Shown here in pieces: positions 43,326-53,335 of a DNA stretch of 64,000 nt (positions are counted from its first letter, which is position 1; every line of letters begins with the position of its first letter). The notes below the pieces were generated by a model. It saw only the letters and a list, made by a program, of their open reading frames with translations. It had not been told where the DNA came from and ran no database searches. The DNA is from Phycisphaerales bacterium (GTDB lineage Bacteria > Planctomycetota > Phycisphaerae > Phycisphaerales > SM1A02), in the NCBI GenBank assembly GCA_012965315.1, contig DTSO01000030.1, forward strand, positions 26,691-90,690, written 5' to 3'. The position numbers were made by a program, and so were the translations under genes.

Positions 43326-44111
43326 ATGAGCACAAGTTTAGTTATTGCAGTACTTTCAAGTTTAATGGGAAGCGGTTTGGTTCAACCAATTTGCACTCCA
43401 CGAGATTTCCATAATGCTTTTGGGAATTCAATTCAGGGTGACAACGAGTTTATTGCCAAAGCAATTTTTGACGATTATGCAGAACAAGTCCAAGCAATTA
43501 ATTCGGGCGAAACAGAAAATGCAGACACTACGCCTTCTCAACAACTAGCCATAGAATTGCAACGCGCAACAGAAGCGGATATGTTATTTGACGAATTGCT
43601 CTCATCGCTTTCGGTAATAAATAATGACATTGAATGGCGTACTAGCATCGCAAACCTTCGACGAAGTGTTTTACTTGAAGCTAGAAAATTTACGAACCCG
43701 TGGCCTGCGACAGTTTGGGTAGATGTTCCAAGCATAACCACGGTTCCAGACAGCGTACTCTTTCAAATAGATACTTTTCTTCTGAATAATATTGATAAAG
43801 ATCGAACAGAACGATTTATGGCTTCCGTTTTACAGCTTGGTGGCAATGTTCTCAAATGTAAAGCATACGAAAAACAGTCTATGCAACGCTGGGGTGAGTA
43901 TCTTGACATTATTGCACCTTACATTGACGAAGAAGTTGCCGCTGCTCTTTACCCACAACTCAACACTGGAGAAGAAGTGCAACGAATTGCAAATTGGATT
44001 TACAAAAATAGCAATGATACAAAAATACACGAGAGCGTTTCAAAACAACTTGCTATTTGGAATACGATTAAGAAAAAACAGAACGCCGCGAGGCTGTGGT
44101 CAACAGACTGA
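43326..44111 (+). CDS. hypothetical secreted protein, 261 aa
   Basis: Signal-like N-terminus (MSTSLVIAVLSSLMGSG). No family recognised. Confidence 0.5.
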   Translation: MSTSLVIAVLSSLMGSGLVQPICTPRDFHNAFGNSIQGDNEFIAKAIFDDYAEQVQAINSGETENADTTPSQQLAIELQRATEADMLFDELLSSLSVINNDIEWRTSIANLRRSVLLEARKFTNPWPATVWVDVPSITTVPDSVLFQIDTFLLNNIDKDRTERFMASVLQLGGNVLKCKAYEKQSMQRWGEYLDIIAPYIDEEVAAALYPQLNTGEEVQRIANWIYKNSNDTKIHESVSKQLAIWNTIKKKQNAARLWSTD

Positions 44112-44222
44112 TACAGCGGCTTATAAAATTAAAAACGAACTAATGCAAAAGAGTGCCGAAATAAATGAATTTGACAAAGCGACAAATAACGTATTACTAC
44201 GCTTGTTGCCAGAAGAATTGCG

Positions 44223-45344
44223 TCACTCTTTTGAGTCTGAAGAATAAAAAGCATCAATTACTGTTTTCCATTCCAGCAACGATTGTGATTTTATAAATCT
44301 CTTGCGAACTTCTTCCGCTTGTGGATGATATTTCGAAAACTGAATACCAAACTTTCGCATCAAGCGGGATGCCTTTTTTTCGCCGTGTAATTGCATGCAA
44401 AGAGCGATGTGATCTAACAACGCTGTGCGTTGCTGTTCAACTGTTGGTGGCAACGGAGTGTCGCCAGCCATAAGGGCGCGCGCTTGATTAAAAATCCAAG
44501 GATTCCCAATACACCCACGAGCAACCGATACGCCGTTTACTCCTGTTTGTTGCATCATCCTAAAAATGTCTGCAGCACACCACACATCTCCGCTTCCAAA
44601 AATAAGACCGTCTGGTCTTCTGGTTGTGAGTTCTTTTAAGAATAGCCAATCCGACGGACCGATATAACGCTGTTCGACTGTGCGGGAATGCACAGTCGCC
44701 CAACTATAACCAACCTCATACGCGTGATCAAAAACAGAGTAAAAATTTTCTGAAGAAGTCGAAGTGTCATCCCACCCCCGTCGCAGTTTTACCGTCACGG
44801 GAATAGTTTCTGGTACTGACCCTCGCACGGCAGATAAAACGTCATGCGCTTGACATGGATCGGTTAAAAAATGACCGCCACGATTTCGTTTGCGTATTTT
44901 TTTTACAGGGCAAGCGAGATTTACATCTATGACTTCATACCCCATGGAAACAAGAATACTAGCGCCCTTTGCCATCTCTTCTGGATTCGTTCCGATGACT
45001 TGTCCTGCAATTGGATGGTCGTCTAAACCAGCGGCTCTGTTTCCTTCAATTTCCCCTGCCTCCTCGGCAAGTAGATCTGGATCTTCTTTTCGACGACCCT
45101 TTCCACCACAAATAAGTGTGCGATCTAGAAGTGCTTCGGTTACGCAAAATGGACAGCCGTGCCTTCGTGCAATCAATCGCATTGCGCCATCGCTATAGCC
45201 AGCTAAACCCGCCTGAAAAAACGGAACATCAAAACCTGGAACTATTGATGGAATTCTCGGGTCAATCGTTACGTTTTTTGCAAATTCTGAAATGTCTTCA
45301 GGAGAAACATCGCTTGGTTGCGAGGGTTGCATATTAACTGACAC
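44223..45344 (-). CDS. tRNA-dihydrouridine synthase (Dus family)
   Basis: FMN-binding TIM barrel motifs (AGLAGYSD, DVNLACPVKKI, GDVW..ADI, GVSVARGCIGNPWIF). Confidence 0.85.
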   Translation of the reverse strand: MSVNMQPSQPSDVSPEDISEFAKNVTIDPRIPSIVPGFDVPFFQAGLAGYSDGAMRLIARRHGCPFCVTEALLDRTLICGGKGRRKEDPDLLAEEAGEIEGNRAAGLDDHPIAGQVIGTNPEEMAKGASILVSMGYEVIDVNLACPVKKIRKRNRGGHFLTDPCQAHDVLSAVRGSVPETIPVTVKLRRGWDDTSTSSENFYSVFDHAYEVGYSWATVHSRTVEQRYIGPSDWLFLKELTTRRPDGLIFGSGDVWCAADIFRMMQQTGVNGVSVARGCIGNPWIFNQARALMAGDTPLPPTVEQQRTALLDHIALCMQLHGEKKASRLMRKFGIQFSKYHPQAEEVRKRFIKSQSLLEWKTVIDAFYSSDSKE

Positions 45345-45349
45345 GATTC

Positions 45350-45763
45350 TTAGTCCTGTTGACCTATCACCACTAAACCAACAAGCGGTACGTCTTCAGC
45401 AATTTGAAGTTCTGCAATGACGAGTTCTGTGGGCTCATCTGTTCGCCATATTCCGCCGGCGTTAAATTGCTCGCCGAATGAATCTCGAAGTATCCAAAGG
45501 TTTAGCCGCAATGTGTCCCCTGCTAGAAGCGGTGTAAGTTTTCCAGAAAATCGTTGATTCACCCAAAGCGTTGCGTTTTTGTAATCGTCTGCGGTGCTGT
45601 TCACAATTTTCACAAACTCTCCGTCGCGAATAACCTGAATAGGAACAGAGTTGGAAACATGTAAATCCATTGGGTATGGTGCTGATGCAAGTTCGGGGTT
45701 GCCCGAAGGATTTTGACATGCTGTTAACAAAAGTAAGGTTGCTAGTGTTACTACTATTTTCAT
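45350..45763 (-). CDS. hypothetical lipoprotein, 137 aa
   Basis: Lipobox LLLLTAC. The start is ATGA-coupled to the trpS stop. Confidence 0.6.
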   Translation of the reverse strand: MKIVVTLATLLLLTACQNPSGNPELASAPYPMDLHVSNSVPIQVIRDGEFVKIVNSTADDYKNATLWVNQRFSGKLTPLLAGDTLRLNLWILRDSFGEQFNAGGIWRTDEPTELVIAELQIAEDVPLVGLVVIGQQD

Positions 45764-46833
45764 TTTGAATCTCCGAAGGAAATTGAACGGTTAAAAAATC
45801 CTAACCCACATGCTTCTTTTGCCATCGTAAGTGTTTCTTCTGTTTTTACATTCGCCCTTGCTGTTCCATCACGAATAATATCGATAATAGTGTCGTCATC
45901 GCCCTCGTATTCTGCTCTTCGCTCTTGCATAGGGGCGAGCAATTCGCTGATTGATTCCGCAACTTCCACCTTAATGTGTCCATCGCCAATGTTGTCGCCG
46001 CGAACATATTTATCTTTCAACTCTGCTGCGCGAGCTTCATCTGTTATAAAAAGTTCTACATATTGCATGAGCGAACTATCGGGGTCGCCTGGATCTGTCA
46101 TTGATTGACGACCAGTGTATAACTGTCCTAATTTCTTTTTAACTTTCTTCGGCGTGTCAGTAATAAGAATTGCGTTGTTGAGTGATTTACTCATTTTATT
46201 AACACCATCTGTTCCAATTAATTTTCCAACTTTGCCAACGTCCGCTCTTGGAATTGGGAAGACGCCCTTTTCTTGCATAATCGGATCGTCATCTTCAATA
46301 TTTTCATCAACACCGCAATACAGTTTGTTAAATCGCCGTGCAACTTCCCGAGTAAGTTCAATGTGTGGAACTTGGTCTTCGCCAACCGGAACTGCATGCG
46401 CACGAAAAGCGAGAATGTCTGCAGTTTGCCCGACCGCGTAAAGCGGAAAACCAAAACTATAATTTTCTCCCAAGCCCTTAATTTTAATTTCTTCTTTTAG
46501 GGTTGGGTTTCGCATTACTCGATTGAATGGCAACAACATCGCAAACAAAAAAGTAAGTTCGGCAATTGCTGGAACTTCGGACTGTAAAACAATCGCTGCT
46601 TTGACGGGGTCAATTCCCATCGCTAAATAATCGCGTACGATTTCTAAGGTGTCTGCGTAAATTTCATTCGGAGCATCCGACCGTGTGGTGTACGCATGCA
46701 TATTTGCGAGCAAGAAATAACAATCATGTGTTTCTTGTAACTCGATTCGACGCCGAACTGAACCAAAATAGTGACCAAGATGCAACTGTCCCGTTGGGGT
46801 GTCGCCTGTAAGAATTGCTTCGCGTGTGCTCAT
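45760..46833 (-). CDS. trpS: tryptophan--tRNA ligase
   Basis: HIGH-type GQLHLGHY and KMSKS (KMSKSLNN). ATG 46833 (MSTREAILTGDTPTG) is preferred over 46932. Confidence 0.92.
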   Translation of the reverse strand: MSTREAILTGDTPTGQLHLGHYFGSVRRRIELQETHDCYFLLANMHAYTTRSDAPNEIYADTLEIVRDYLAMGIDPVKAAIVLQSEVPAIAELTFLFAMLLPFNRVMRNPTLKEEIKIKGLGENYSFGFPLYAVGQTADILAFRAHAVPVGEDQVPHIELTREVARRFNKLYCGVDENIEDDDPIMQEKGVFPIPRADVGKVGKLIGTDGVNKMSKSLNNAILITDTPKKVKKKLGQLYTGRQSMTDPGDPDSSLMQYVELFITDEARAAELKDKYVRGDNIGDGHIKVEVAESISELLAPMQERRAEYEGDDDTIIDIIRDGTARANVKTEETLTMAKEACGLGFFNRSISFGDSK

Positions 46834-47672
46834 ATAGTTGTACTGTAAACAAATGCGATATTCATTGCGTTGAAAACGACGTGAATTAATATCGGAGCGA
46901 GAATTCCGCCACTTTTGACCCGTGCCCAGCATAGACCGATGGACAGAAAAAAGAGACCAACCACAGCCGAAGGCTGTGCAATACCAATGTGCATAATTGC
47001 AAATAGTAGACTTGTTGCAAAGATAGCTCGCCAGACAGTTTTACCACCAATAACTGCTGCAAATGAAGGCAATAATAGCCCGCGATACATTAATTCCTCA
47101 AAAATTCCAGCGCCAATCGTAACGCAGATGATGACAATCCAAGTTGACCCCGACGAAGGAGCTTGCTTTATTTGCTGAAGTACCTCGTGCCCGACACCGC
47201 CTGCAGGTTCTAGGCCAACTCCGACTAACAATGCGTGTCCAAGGCCAGCAACAGCGAGCGCTATTGGAACAAACACAGCATACGCGATGAGAAAAACCGG
47301 CAAAATATGCCTAGAACCGCATTTCCTTCGGAAATGTACATACAAAAATAGAATTGGGATTTGCGCAATCATGGACAAGCCAATCGTCCAGGCGTAGCCA
47401 TTAATTATGCTACTTTCGTCCGAGACATATTGAAAACCCCACCACGCACCAACACCAGCGAGGATATACATCGCTCCACACAGAAGAAGAGCCATGGTCG
47501 GAGTAATTGCTGGATCAAGATATCCACGCCTTGGAAGCAGTGTTTGTCCAGACTTTACGAACCAAATTCCGATAGCAATTGAAAATCCAACAAGCATTAG
47601 CGTGATTAAATCGATCGATGGTGCTTCCACAATTTCAACTTCTTCGCTACCCTTGGCAACTGAAGAGCACAT
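46830..47672 (-). CDS. CPBP-family (CAAX) intramembrane glutamic protease
   Basis: Motifs EELMYRG, FAIMH and HVVFN in a polytopic membrane protein. The start is uncertain: ATG 47672 or 47597. The ORF-track start 47993 would run antisense through trpC. Confidence 0.75.
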   Translation of the reverse strand: MCSSVAKGSEEVEIVEAPSIDLITLMLVGFSIAIGIWFVKSGQTLLPRRGYLDPAITPTMALLLCGAMYILAGVGAWWGFQYVSDESSIINGYAWTIGLSMIAQIPILFLYVHFRRKCGSRHILPVFLIAYAVFVPIALAVAGLGHALLVGVGLEPAGGVGHEVLQQIKQAPSSGSTWIVIICVTIGAGIFEELMYRGLLLPSFAAVIGGKTVWRAIFATSLLFAIMHIGIAQPSAVVGLFFLSIGLCWARVKSGGILAPILIHVVFNAMNIAFVYSTTI

Positions 47673-48489
47673 GACAATCACACTAAGCACAATTATTGAA
47701 TTTAAACGAGACGAAGTTGCAAAACTTCGCCAAGAAAAACCTGTTGAGGCAGTACGTGCAGAAGCAGAAGCACAAGAGCGACCTCGAAACTTTTTCGGTG
47801 CTGTTGTAAACGGCCACACGAAAAGCAGTACAAGCGTAATTGCAGAAGTAAAACGCAAAAGCCCATCAGCCGGGAATATACGTGAAGACTTTGATCCAGT
47901 TGCCATTGCTAAAGCGTACGAGAAGGCGGGAGCCGCCGCTATCTCATGTCTCACAGATATGCGTTTTTTTGGTGGAAACATTGACTTTATCACTCAAATT
48001 CGCGAAGAAGTAAGACTTCCCGTCCTTAGAAAAGATTTTATAATTGATGAATATCAAATTTGGGAAGCACGAGCTGCTGGCGCGGATGCTGTTTTGCTCA
48101 TTTCTGAGGTCCTATCAGAAGGCCAACTGGTTGACTATATGATTCTTTCTCAGAAATTGGGAATGACGACGCTTTTAGAAGCGCACGACATGGGAAATCT
48201 ATTAAAAATCCAGCAATATGTTGGATTTCCACACGCGGGCTATTGCTTACTTGGAATCAACAATCGAAATTTAGAAACGATGACAACTGACATAAATCAC
48301 ACCGTTCGCATGGTTGATATTGTTGAAGATACAACGACAATCGTAAGTGAATCGGGGATAACGAAGCCAGAAGACTTGGACAAATTACGCTTACATGGTG
48401 TGCATATTGTGTTAGTTGGTGAATCTTTAATGAAACAACCCGATCCCGGTGAGGCGCTCGCAAAACTCATCCGCATGAATCCAACATAA
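47671..48489 (+). CDS. trpC: indole-3-glycerol-phosphate synthase
   Basis: IAEVKRKSPSAG, the LRKDFIIDEYQI signature, and INNRNL. ATG 47671 (MTITLSTIIEFKRDEV) is preferred over 47494. Confidence 0.92.
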   Translation: MTITLSTIIEFKRDEVAKLRQEKPVEAVRAEAEAQERPRNFFGAVVNGHTKSSTSVIAEVKRKSPSAGNIREDFDPVAIAKAYEKAGAAAISCLTDMRFFGGNIDFITQIREEVRLPVLRKDFIIDEYQIWEARAAGADAVLLISEVLSEGQLVDYMILSQKLGMTTLLEAHDMGNLLKIQQYVGFPHAGYCLLGINNRNLETMTTDINHTVRMVDIVEDTTTIVSESGITKPEDLDKLRLHGVHIVLVGESLMKQPDPGEALAKLIRMNPT

Positions 48490-48506
48490 GGGGGTACCCT
48501 ACACAA

Positions 48507-49244
48507 ATGATTCGAATTACAGAACTAAACAACATCGTCACCCTCACCCTGAACCGTGCTGGCAAACACAATGCTCTTTCTGCTGAAATGATACGTGCTA
48601 TTCATGTTGGCTTGGATGAAGTTGAGCAAAATGCTGACATGCGCGTGCTCATTCTTGCGGGTGAAGGAAGGTCGTTTTGTGCTGGGATGGATCTCAAAGA
48701 TGTAATTGATAATCCCCCTGCAATGGGAGAAATGTTGCACGAGCTTGCCAAGGCGTCTTTACGAATACGAAGTCTTCAAGTTCCAACTATCGCTCGAGTC
48801 CAAGGCGCAGCGGTTGGTGGTGGGTGTGGCTTGATGGTGGTTTGTGATTTTGCGTTCACGCATCCCGAGTCAAAAGTTGGCTATCCAGAGGTTGACCTTG
48901 GTGTTTGCCCTGCGGTAGTCGCACCTTGGCTCATTAAAAAGATTGGCGCTGGAAAAGCGAGAGCAATGTTGCTCGCTGGGGGTACCATTTCAGGGAAACA
49001 AGGCTTTGAAGCTGGCTTGGCAACCCATTTATGTGATTTGGACGATTTGCCGTCAGCCGTCACGGATTTTGCAGAAAACCTCGCTAAAGGTGGTAAAAAC
49101 GCTATTTCCACGACAAAACATTGGTTAAATGAGCTTGACGGGTCCTTAAACGAAGCAATGTTGCAAAGAGGAGCGGACTTGTCCGCCAAAATCATCGCTG
49201 GTGACGAAGCGCAAGAGCGATTACGCCAAATTTACGCCAAATAA
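48507..49244 (+). CDS. enoyl-CoA hydratase/isomerase family protein
   Basis: GEGRSFCAGMDL and VQGAAVGGGCGL crotonase motifs. The C-terminal KHWLNELDGSL matches KRWLNELDGSL in 25701..26441. Confidence 0.85.
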   Translation: MIRITELNNIVTLTLNRAGKHNALSAEMIRAIHVGLDEVEQNADMRVLILAGEGRSFCAGMDLKDVIDNPPAMGEMLHELAKASLRIRSLQVPTIARVQGAAVGGGCGLMVVCDFAFTHPESKVGYPEVDLGVCPAVVAPWLIKKIGAGKARAMLLAGGTISGKQGFEAGLATHLCDLDDLPSAVTDFAENLAKGGKNAISTTKHWLNELDGSLNEAMLQRGADLSAKIIAGDEAQERLRQIYAK

Positions 49245-49307
49245 TTTGAGCCTGACCCATTTTGGAAACCTATCGGGGACTGCACCAAAATTCAGGTGGT
49301 GGAAACG

Positions 49308-49376
49308 GGCTGAAAAACACCGAAAAGGTCGAGAATCGAGTACAATGAGGGGTGCGATATACCTCGGTTTTCAGCC
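49308..49376. repeat. interrupted inverted repeat in the 160-nt spacer between two crotonase genes
   Basis: GGCTGAAAA (49308-49316) pairs with TTTTCAGCC (49368-49376). It extends through CCGA/TCGG after a 3-nt bulge. The loop contains TCGAG-AA-TCGAG. Function unknown. Confidence 0.5.
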
Positions 49377-49403
49377 AAAAAACGGGATATCTAGAAAGAT
49401 TTT

Positions 49404-50282
49404 ATGACCACATCTACCCAACAAAATACACTCGAATTTGATGTAAATGACGCGGGAATAGTGACGCTCTGGCTCGATAGTGGCAAACGCCCAGTCGTTG
49501 TTCTTGATCGAACGCTAATTCAGCGGTTGAACTTTACGCTTGATGCAATTGCTCAACTAGAGGGAATCAACGGTTTAATTCTTCGTAGCAGTTGCGAACG
49601 AGTTTTTGTCGCAGGCGCAGATCTTTCCGAGATAGACGGACTTGATGACCCAGCACTGCATGCTTACCTTGCATTTGGAACAACTGTATTTGGAAGAATT
49701 TCTTCGATGACTTTCCCAACAGTCGCATGTATCAACGGCGCAACTCTTGGTGGTGGGCTCGAACTTGCAATGCATTGCGACAAACTTATAGCATCAAAAA
49801 CAACAAAAAATGGAAAGCCATACCCAATTGGCTTACCAGAAGCTGGTCTTGGAATTTGCCCTGGTTGGGGTGGTTCACAAATGTTACCAGCTCGAATTGA
49901 CCCGGTTGCTGCAATAAAAGCAACCGCCACTGGCACGCCCTTTATGATTTCAACTGCACCTGAAGGTCTCATTGATGTGTTCGTCGAGACACCGGATGAT
50001 CTACAAGCCGCGGCAGAAACAGTGTTACAAAATCAAATACCAACATCTCAGGTTCCGCTCGCAATTACCCCTTCCGAAAGTGAAAAGTATTCTGCGGCTT
50101 TAGACATTGCTAGAAATGAAACAGAACAGTCTGAGGCAGCCGAAGGCGTTTTCCTCGCTGTTGAAACCGGCATTCAAAAAGGTTGGTCTGCCGCAGTCGC
50201 TATCGAACAATGTGAATTGGTGAGGCTCCGCAACACCCCAGTCGCTCGAGAAAAACTCGATGCATTTTTATCTAAAGGATAA
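49404..50282 (+). CDS. enoyl-CoA hydratase/isomerase family protein
   Basis: VFVAGADLSEI and INGATLGGGLELAMHCD motifs. Confidence 0.8.
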   Translation: MTTSTQQNTLEFDVNDAGIVTLWLDSGKRPVVVLDRTLIQRLNFTLDAIAQLEGINGLILRSSCERVFVAGADLSEIDGLDDPALHAYLAFGTTVFGRISSMTFPTVACINGATLGGGLELAMHCDKLIASKTTKNGKPYPIGLPEAGLGICPGWGGSQMLPARIDPVAAIKATATGTPFMISTAPEGLIDVFVETPDDLQAAAETVLQNQIPTSQVPLAITPSESEKYSAALDIARNETEQSEAAEGVFLAVETGIQKGWSAAVAIEQCELVRLRNTPVAREKLDAFLSKG

Positions 50283-50290
50283 TTGAAGAT

Positions 50291-52237
50291 ATGAGCAAAT
50301 CAGACATTACAAGCCAGCTTAAAAATGTTTCTAAGAAAGACATTAAACAAATAAAAAATGCTGAAGAGATGCTTGGTCCTGAACCAGAAACAATGGGGTT
50401 CATTAAAAATATTTACTGGGGTAATTTCCGTGAAAATATGATTTTCCCATACCCAGAAGAACCAGCAGATGAACGCGCGCGTTGCGATCTAATGTTGGAA
50501 GAACTGGACACCTACTTCCGCAACGAACATCCAACAGTAGAAATTGACCAGAATCAAGAAATTCCTGAGTGGGTGATTAAGCGTTTCTTTGAAATGGGTG
50601 TCTTCGGGATGATCGTTCCAAAAGAATATGGCGGTCAGGGGTTCGGGGTTACAAGTTACAACCGCGTCCTTGAAAGAATCGGTCGCTCTTGTGGTTCATC
50701 TGCGGTCATGGCATCTGCACACCTTTCCATTGGTTGCAACGCTGTTACATTGTTTGGTACCGAAGAACAAAAACAATTTTGGTTACCAAAAATTGCAAAT
50801 GAAGCACTAAGCGCTTTTTGTTTATCAGAGCCAAGCGTTGGTTGCGATGCACAAGGCCAACACACAACATGCGAACTAACTGAGTGTGGCAAGTTTTACA
50901 TCATCAACGGAGAAAAGAAGTGGGCAACTTCGGCGGCACAATCTTGCATGTTCACCGTGATGGCAAAATATAAAATGACCGACCCTAAAACGGGTGAAAC
51001 AAAAGAGAAATTTAATGCCCTCATTGTTTCGCCTGATATGGAGGGCGTAGAAATCTTCAGCAGAAACCGTGCAAAGTGTGGTATTCGAGGCACTTGGCAA
51101 GGTCGAGTTCGTTTTACCAATGTAAAAGTTCCACGAGAAAATCTCTTGCATAAAGAAGGCAAAGGAATTGTATTGGCGTTGACTTGTTTGAACTGGGGAC
51201 GTTGCACACTTTCAGCTGGAATGGTTGGCGCAGGCGCAGTTGCTTACGAACAAGCAATTAAATGGGCTCAATATCGACATCAGTTCGACCGTCCAATTGG
51301 CGAATTTGAACTAATGAAAGAAAGACTTGCGCGCATGGGTGCGTTTGTTTGGGCAATGGATGCAATGCTTTACATCACTACCGGCATGGTCGACCGCAAC
51401 GACGAAGACATTATGCTTGAGACCGCTGTTTGTAAAGTCTTTTGTTCCGAATATGGTTTCCGTTGTACAAACGAAGCGATGCAAGTCATGGGAGGCGAAG
51501 GATACATGGCTGAAAACGAAGTTGAAAGACTTTGGCGAGATTCGCGTATCAATCCAATCGTTGAAGGCGCTAACGAAGTTATGCACAGTTTTATTTTTGC
51601 GTATGGCTCAAAGCAACTTGGCGAATACATGCTCGGTGTTAAAGCTGCACCAATGAAAAACTTTGGTTCAGCGTTGAAAATTGGAATGGAATTATTCCTT
51701 GGTGTTCGACGCGGGGCGCCAAAAATCACCATGGCTGATCCATCGCTTGATGTACACACGCGCGCACTTTCAAATCACATTCGTGAACTTTCACACCAAG
51801 TTAAGTTGATGTTTAAAGAAAAAGAAGAAGCGTTAATTACAAACCAAACAACGCAATATCGTTTAAGTTGGATTTCCATTTGGATTCACGCAATGGCATG
51901 TTCAATTTCAAAAATGGACAAAAGCATCCGTAATGGTCTTGATGAAAAACAACTAGCACATGATCGTGCAATGCTTGATTATATTATGTCTTACGCTAAT
52001 TACAAAATTAATGGTTGGCTCCGAGGTCTTCGCGAAAATGCAGATGCGACAATGCTTAAAGCCGCAGAAAAAGCGTGGGAATTTGGAGAAACATTACCAA
52101 ACTGCGATTATTACATCCCAGAAAGCACGCCTAACGATGAAGCATTGGGAACTGGAAAAGTAAACAATCAAGATGGTTTACAACAATTCGGTGGTGGATC
52201 CCTATTTTTAGAACAAACTGAAACCGCAACGCACTAA
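50291..52237 (+). CDS. long-form acyl-CoA dehydrogenase (VLCAD/ACAD9-like with extra C-terminal domain)
   Basis: ACAD N-, middle- and C-domain motifs (FCLSEPSVGCDA, GGEGYMAENEVERLWRDSRI) plus a C-terminal extension of about 200 aa. Confidence 0.85.
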   Translation: MSKSDITSQLKNVSKKDIKQIKNAEEMLGPEPETMGFIKNIYWGNFRENMIFPYPEEPADERARCDLMLEELDTYFRNEHPTVEIDQNQEIPEWVIKRFFEMGVFGMIVPKEYGGQGFGVTSYNRVLERIGRSCGSSAVMASAHLSIGCNAVTLFGTEEQKQFWLPKIANEALSAFCLSEPSVGCDAQGQHTTCELTECGKFYIINGEKKWATSAAQSCMFTVMAKYKMTDPKTGETKEKFNALIVSPDMEGVEIFSRNRAKCGIRGTWQGRVRFTNVKVPRENLLHKEGKGIVLALTCLNWGRCTLSAGMVGAGAVAYEQAIKWAQYRHQFDRPIGEFELMKERLARMGAFVWAMDAMLYITTGMVDRNDEDIMLETAVCKVFCSEYGFRCTNEAMQVMGGEGYMAENEVERLWRDSRINPIVEGANEVMHSFIFAYGSKQLGEYMLGVKAAPMKNFGSALKIGMELFLGVRRGAPKITMADPSLDVHTRALSNHIRELSHQVKLMFKEKEEALITNQTTQYRLSWISIWIHAMACSISKMDKSIRNGLDEKQLAHDRAMLDYIMSYANYKINGWLRGLRENADATMLKAAEKAWEFGETLPNCDYYIPESTPNDEALGTGKVNNQDGLQQFGGGSLFLEQTETATH

Positions 52238-52258
52238 TTCATTTACGATATACAACAC

Positions 52259-53335
52259 ATGCATAACACTGAATCTATTTTTGAACAAATCGCAGACAGA
52301 GGTCATGAACGACTTTGTTTTCACCACGACCCAGAAACAGGGTTGCGTGCAATCATTGCTATTCACTCGACAGCTCTTGGGAATGCACTAGGTGGAACGA
52401 GAAGGTGGTACTACGAATCTGAAGCAGATGCGATTTATGATGTTTTGCGATTGTCAAAAGGTATGACATATAAAGCAGCGGTCTCTGGACTACCAATGGG
52501 TGGTGCAAAAAGTGTCATACTTCTTCCACATCGAGAACAGGTACGTACCGAAGCAGAAGCGAGAGCGATGGGACGTTTTGTTGACACATTTAACGGCGCA
52601 TATATTGCCGCTGAAGATGTGGGCGTTGACACACAATTTATCGATTGGATGGCTTCAGAAACTTCACATGTTATGGGTGGTGAAACTGTATGCCGTGGTG
52701 GTGATCCGTCGCCATGGACTGCAATGGGAACCTTCCATGGAATGCGCGCGAGTCTAATTCATGCTGGCCGCGGAGATGACTTCTCTGGCATCACAGTTGC
52801 AATGCAGGGTGTCGGACACGTTGGACAAAATTTATGCAAACTACTTACAGAAGCGGGTGCAAAAGTAACCGTTGCTGACATCAATAAGAAAAGTGTTGAT
52901 TATGTTGTCGATACCTACGGTTGCACTGCAGTGTATGACGCGGACATTCTTACAACAGAGTGTGACATCCTTGCGCCATGTGCTCTTGGAAATGTAATCG
53001 ATGGTTCATCTATCCAAAAACTACGCTGTAGCATTCTTTGCGGTGCAGCAAACAACATTCTCGGCGATCCAGAAGAAGACGCCGTAGCATTAAAAACTGC
53101 TGGTATTCTTTACGCACCTGACTTTGTTGTCAACGCAGGCGGGCTTATTCACTTAGCGGGAATGCACCTTGGAATGAGTAACGAATTACTACAAACCAAA
53201 AATGACGAAATTTTTGAAACAACCGCTCAAATTCTTAATCGCGGAAACAACTCTACCTCAACTTACGCAGCTGCAGTAGAAATTGCAGAGCAACGAATCG
53301 CAGGCACACAGGAAACAGGTATCCATGCCAGTTAA
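52259..53335 (+). CDS. ldh: leucine (branched-chain amino acid) dehydrogenase, Glu/Leu/Phe/Val dehydrogenase family
   Basis: IIAIHSTALGNALGGTRRW, the catalytic Lys region GLPMGGAKSVI, and Rossmann GVGHVG. Confidence 0.88.
   Translation: MHNTESIFEQIADRGHERLCFHHDPETGLRAIIAIHSTALGNALGGTRRWYYESEADAIYDVLRLSKGMTYKAAVSGLPMGGAKSVILLPHREQVRTEAEARAMGRFVDTFNGAYIAAEDVGVDTQFIDWMASETSHVMGGETVCRGGDPSPWTAMGTFHGMRASLIHAGRGDDFSGITVAMQGVGHVGQNLCKLLTEAGAKVTVADINKKSVDYVVDTYGCTAVYDADILTTECDILAPCALGNVIDGSSIQKLRCSILCGAANNILGDPEEDAVALKTAGILYAPDFVVNAGGLIHLAGMHLGMSNELLQTKNDEIFETTAQILNRGNNSTSTYAAAVEIAEQRIAGTQETGIHAS

Noticed and set aside
43792-44247. 151-aa plus-strand ORF bridging the hypothetical gene 43326..44111 and the dus 3' end
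   Set aside because: It is an out-of-frame overlap with 43326..44111 and runs into the convergent dus gene. It has no start context and is a probable shadow ORF.
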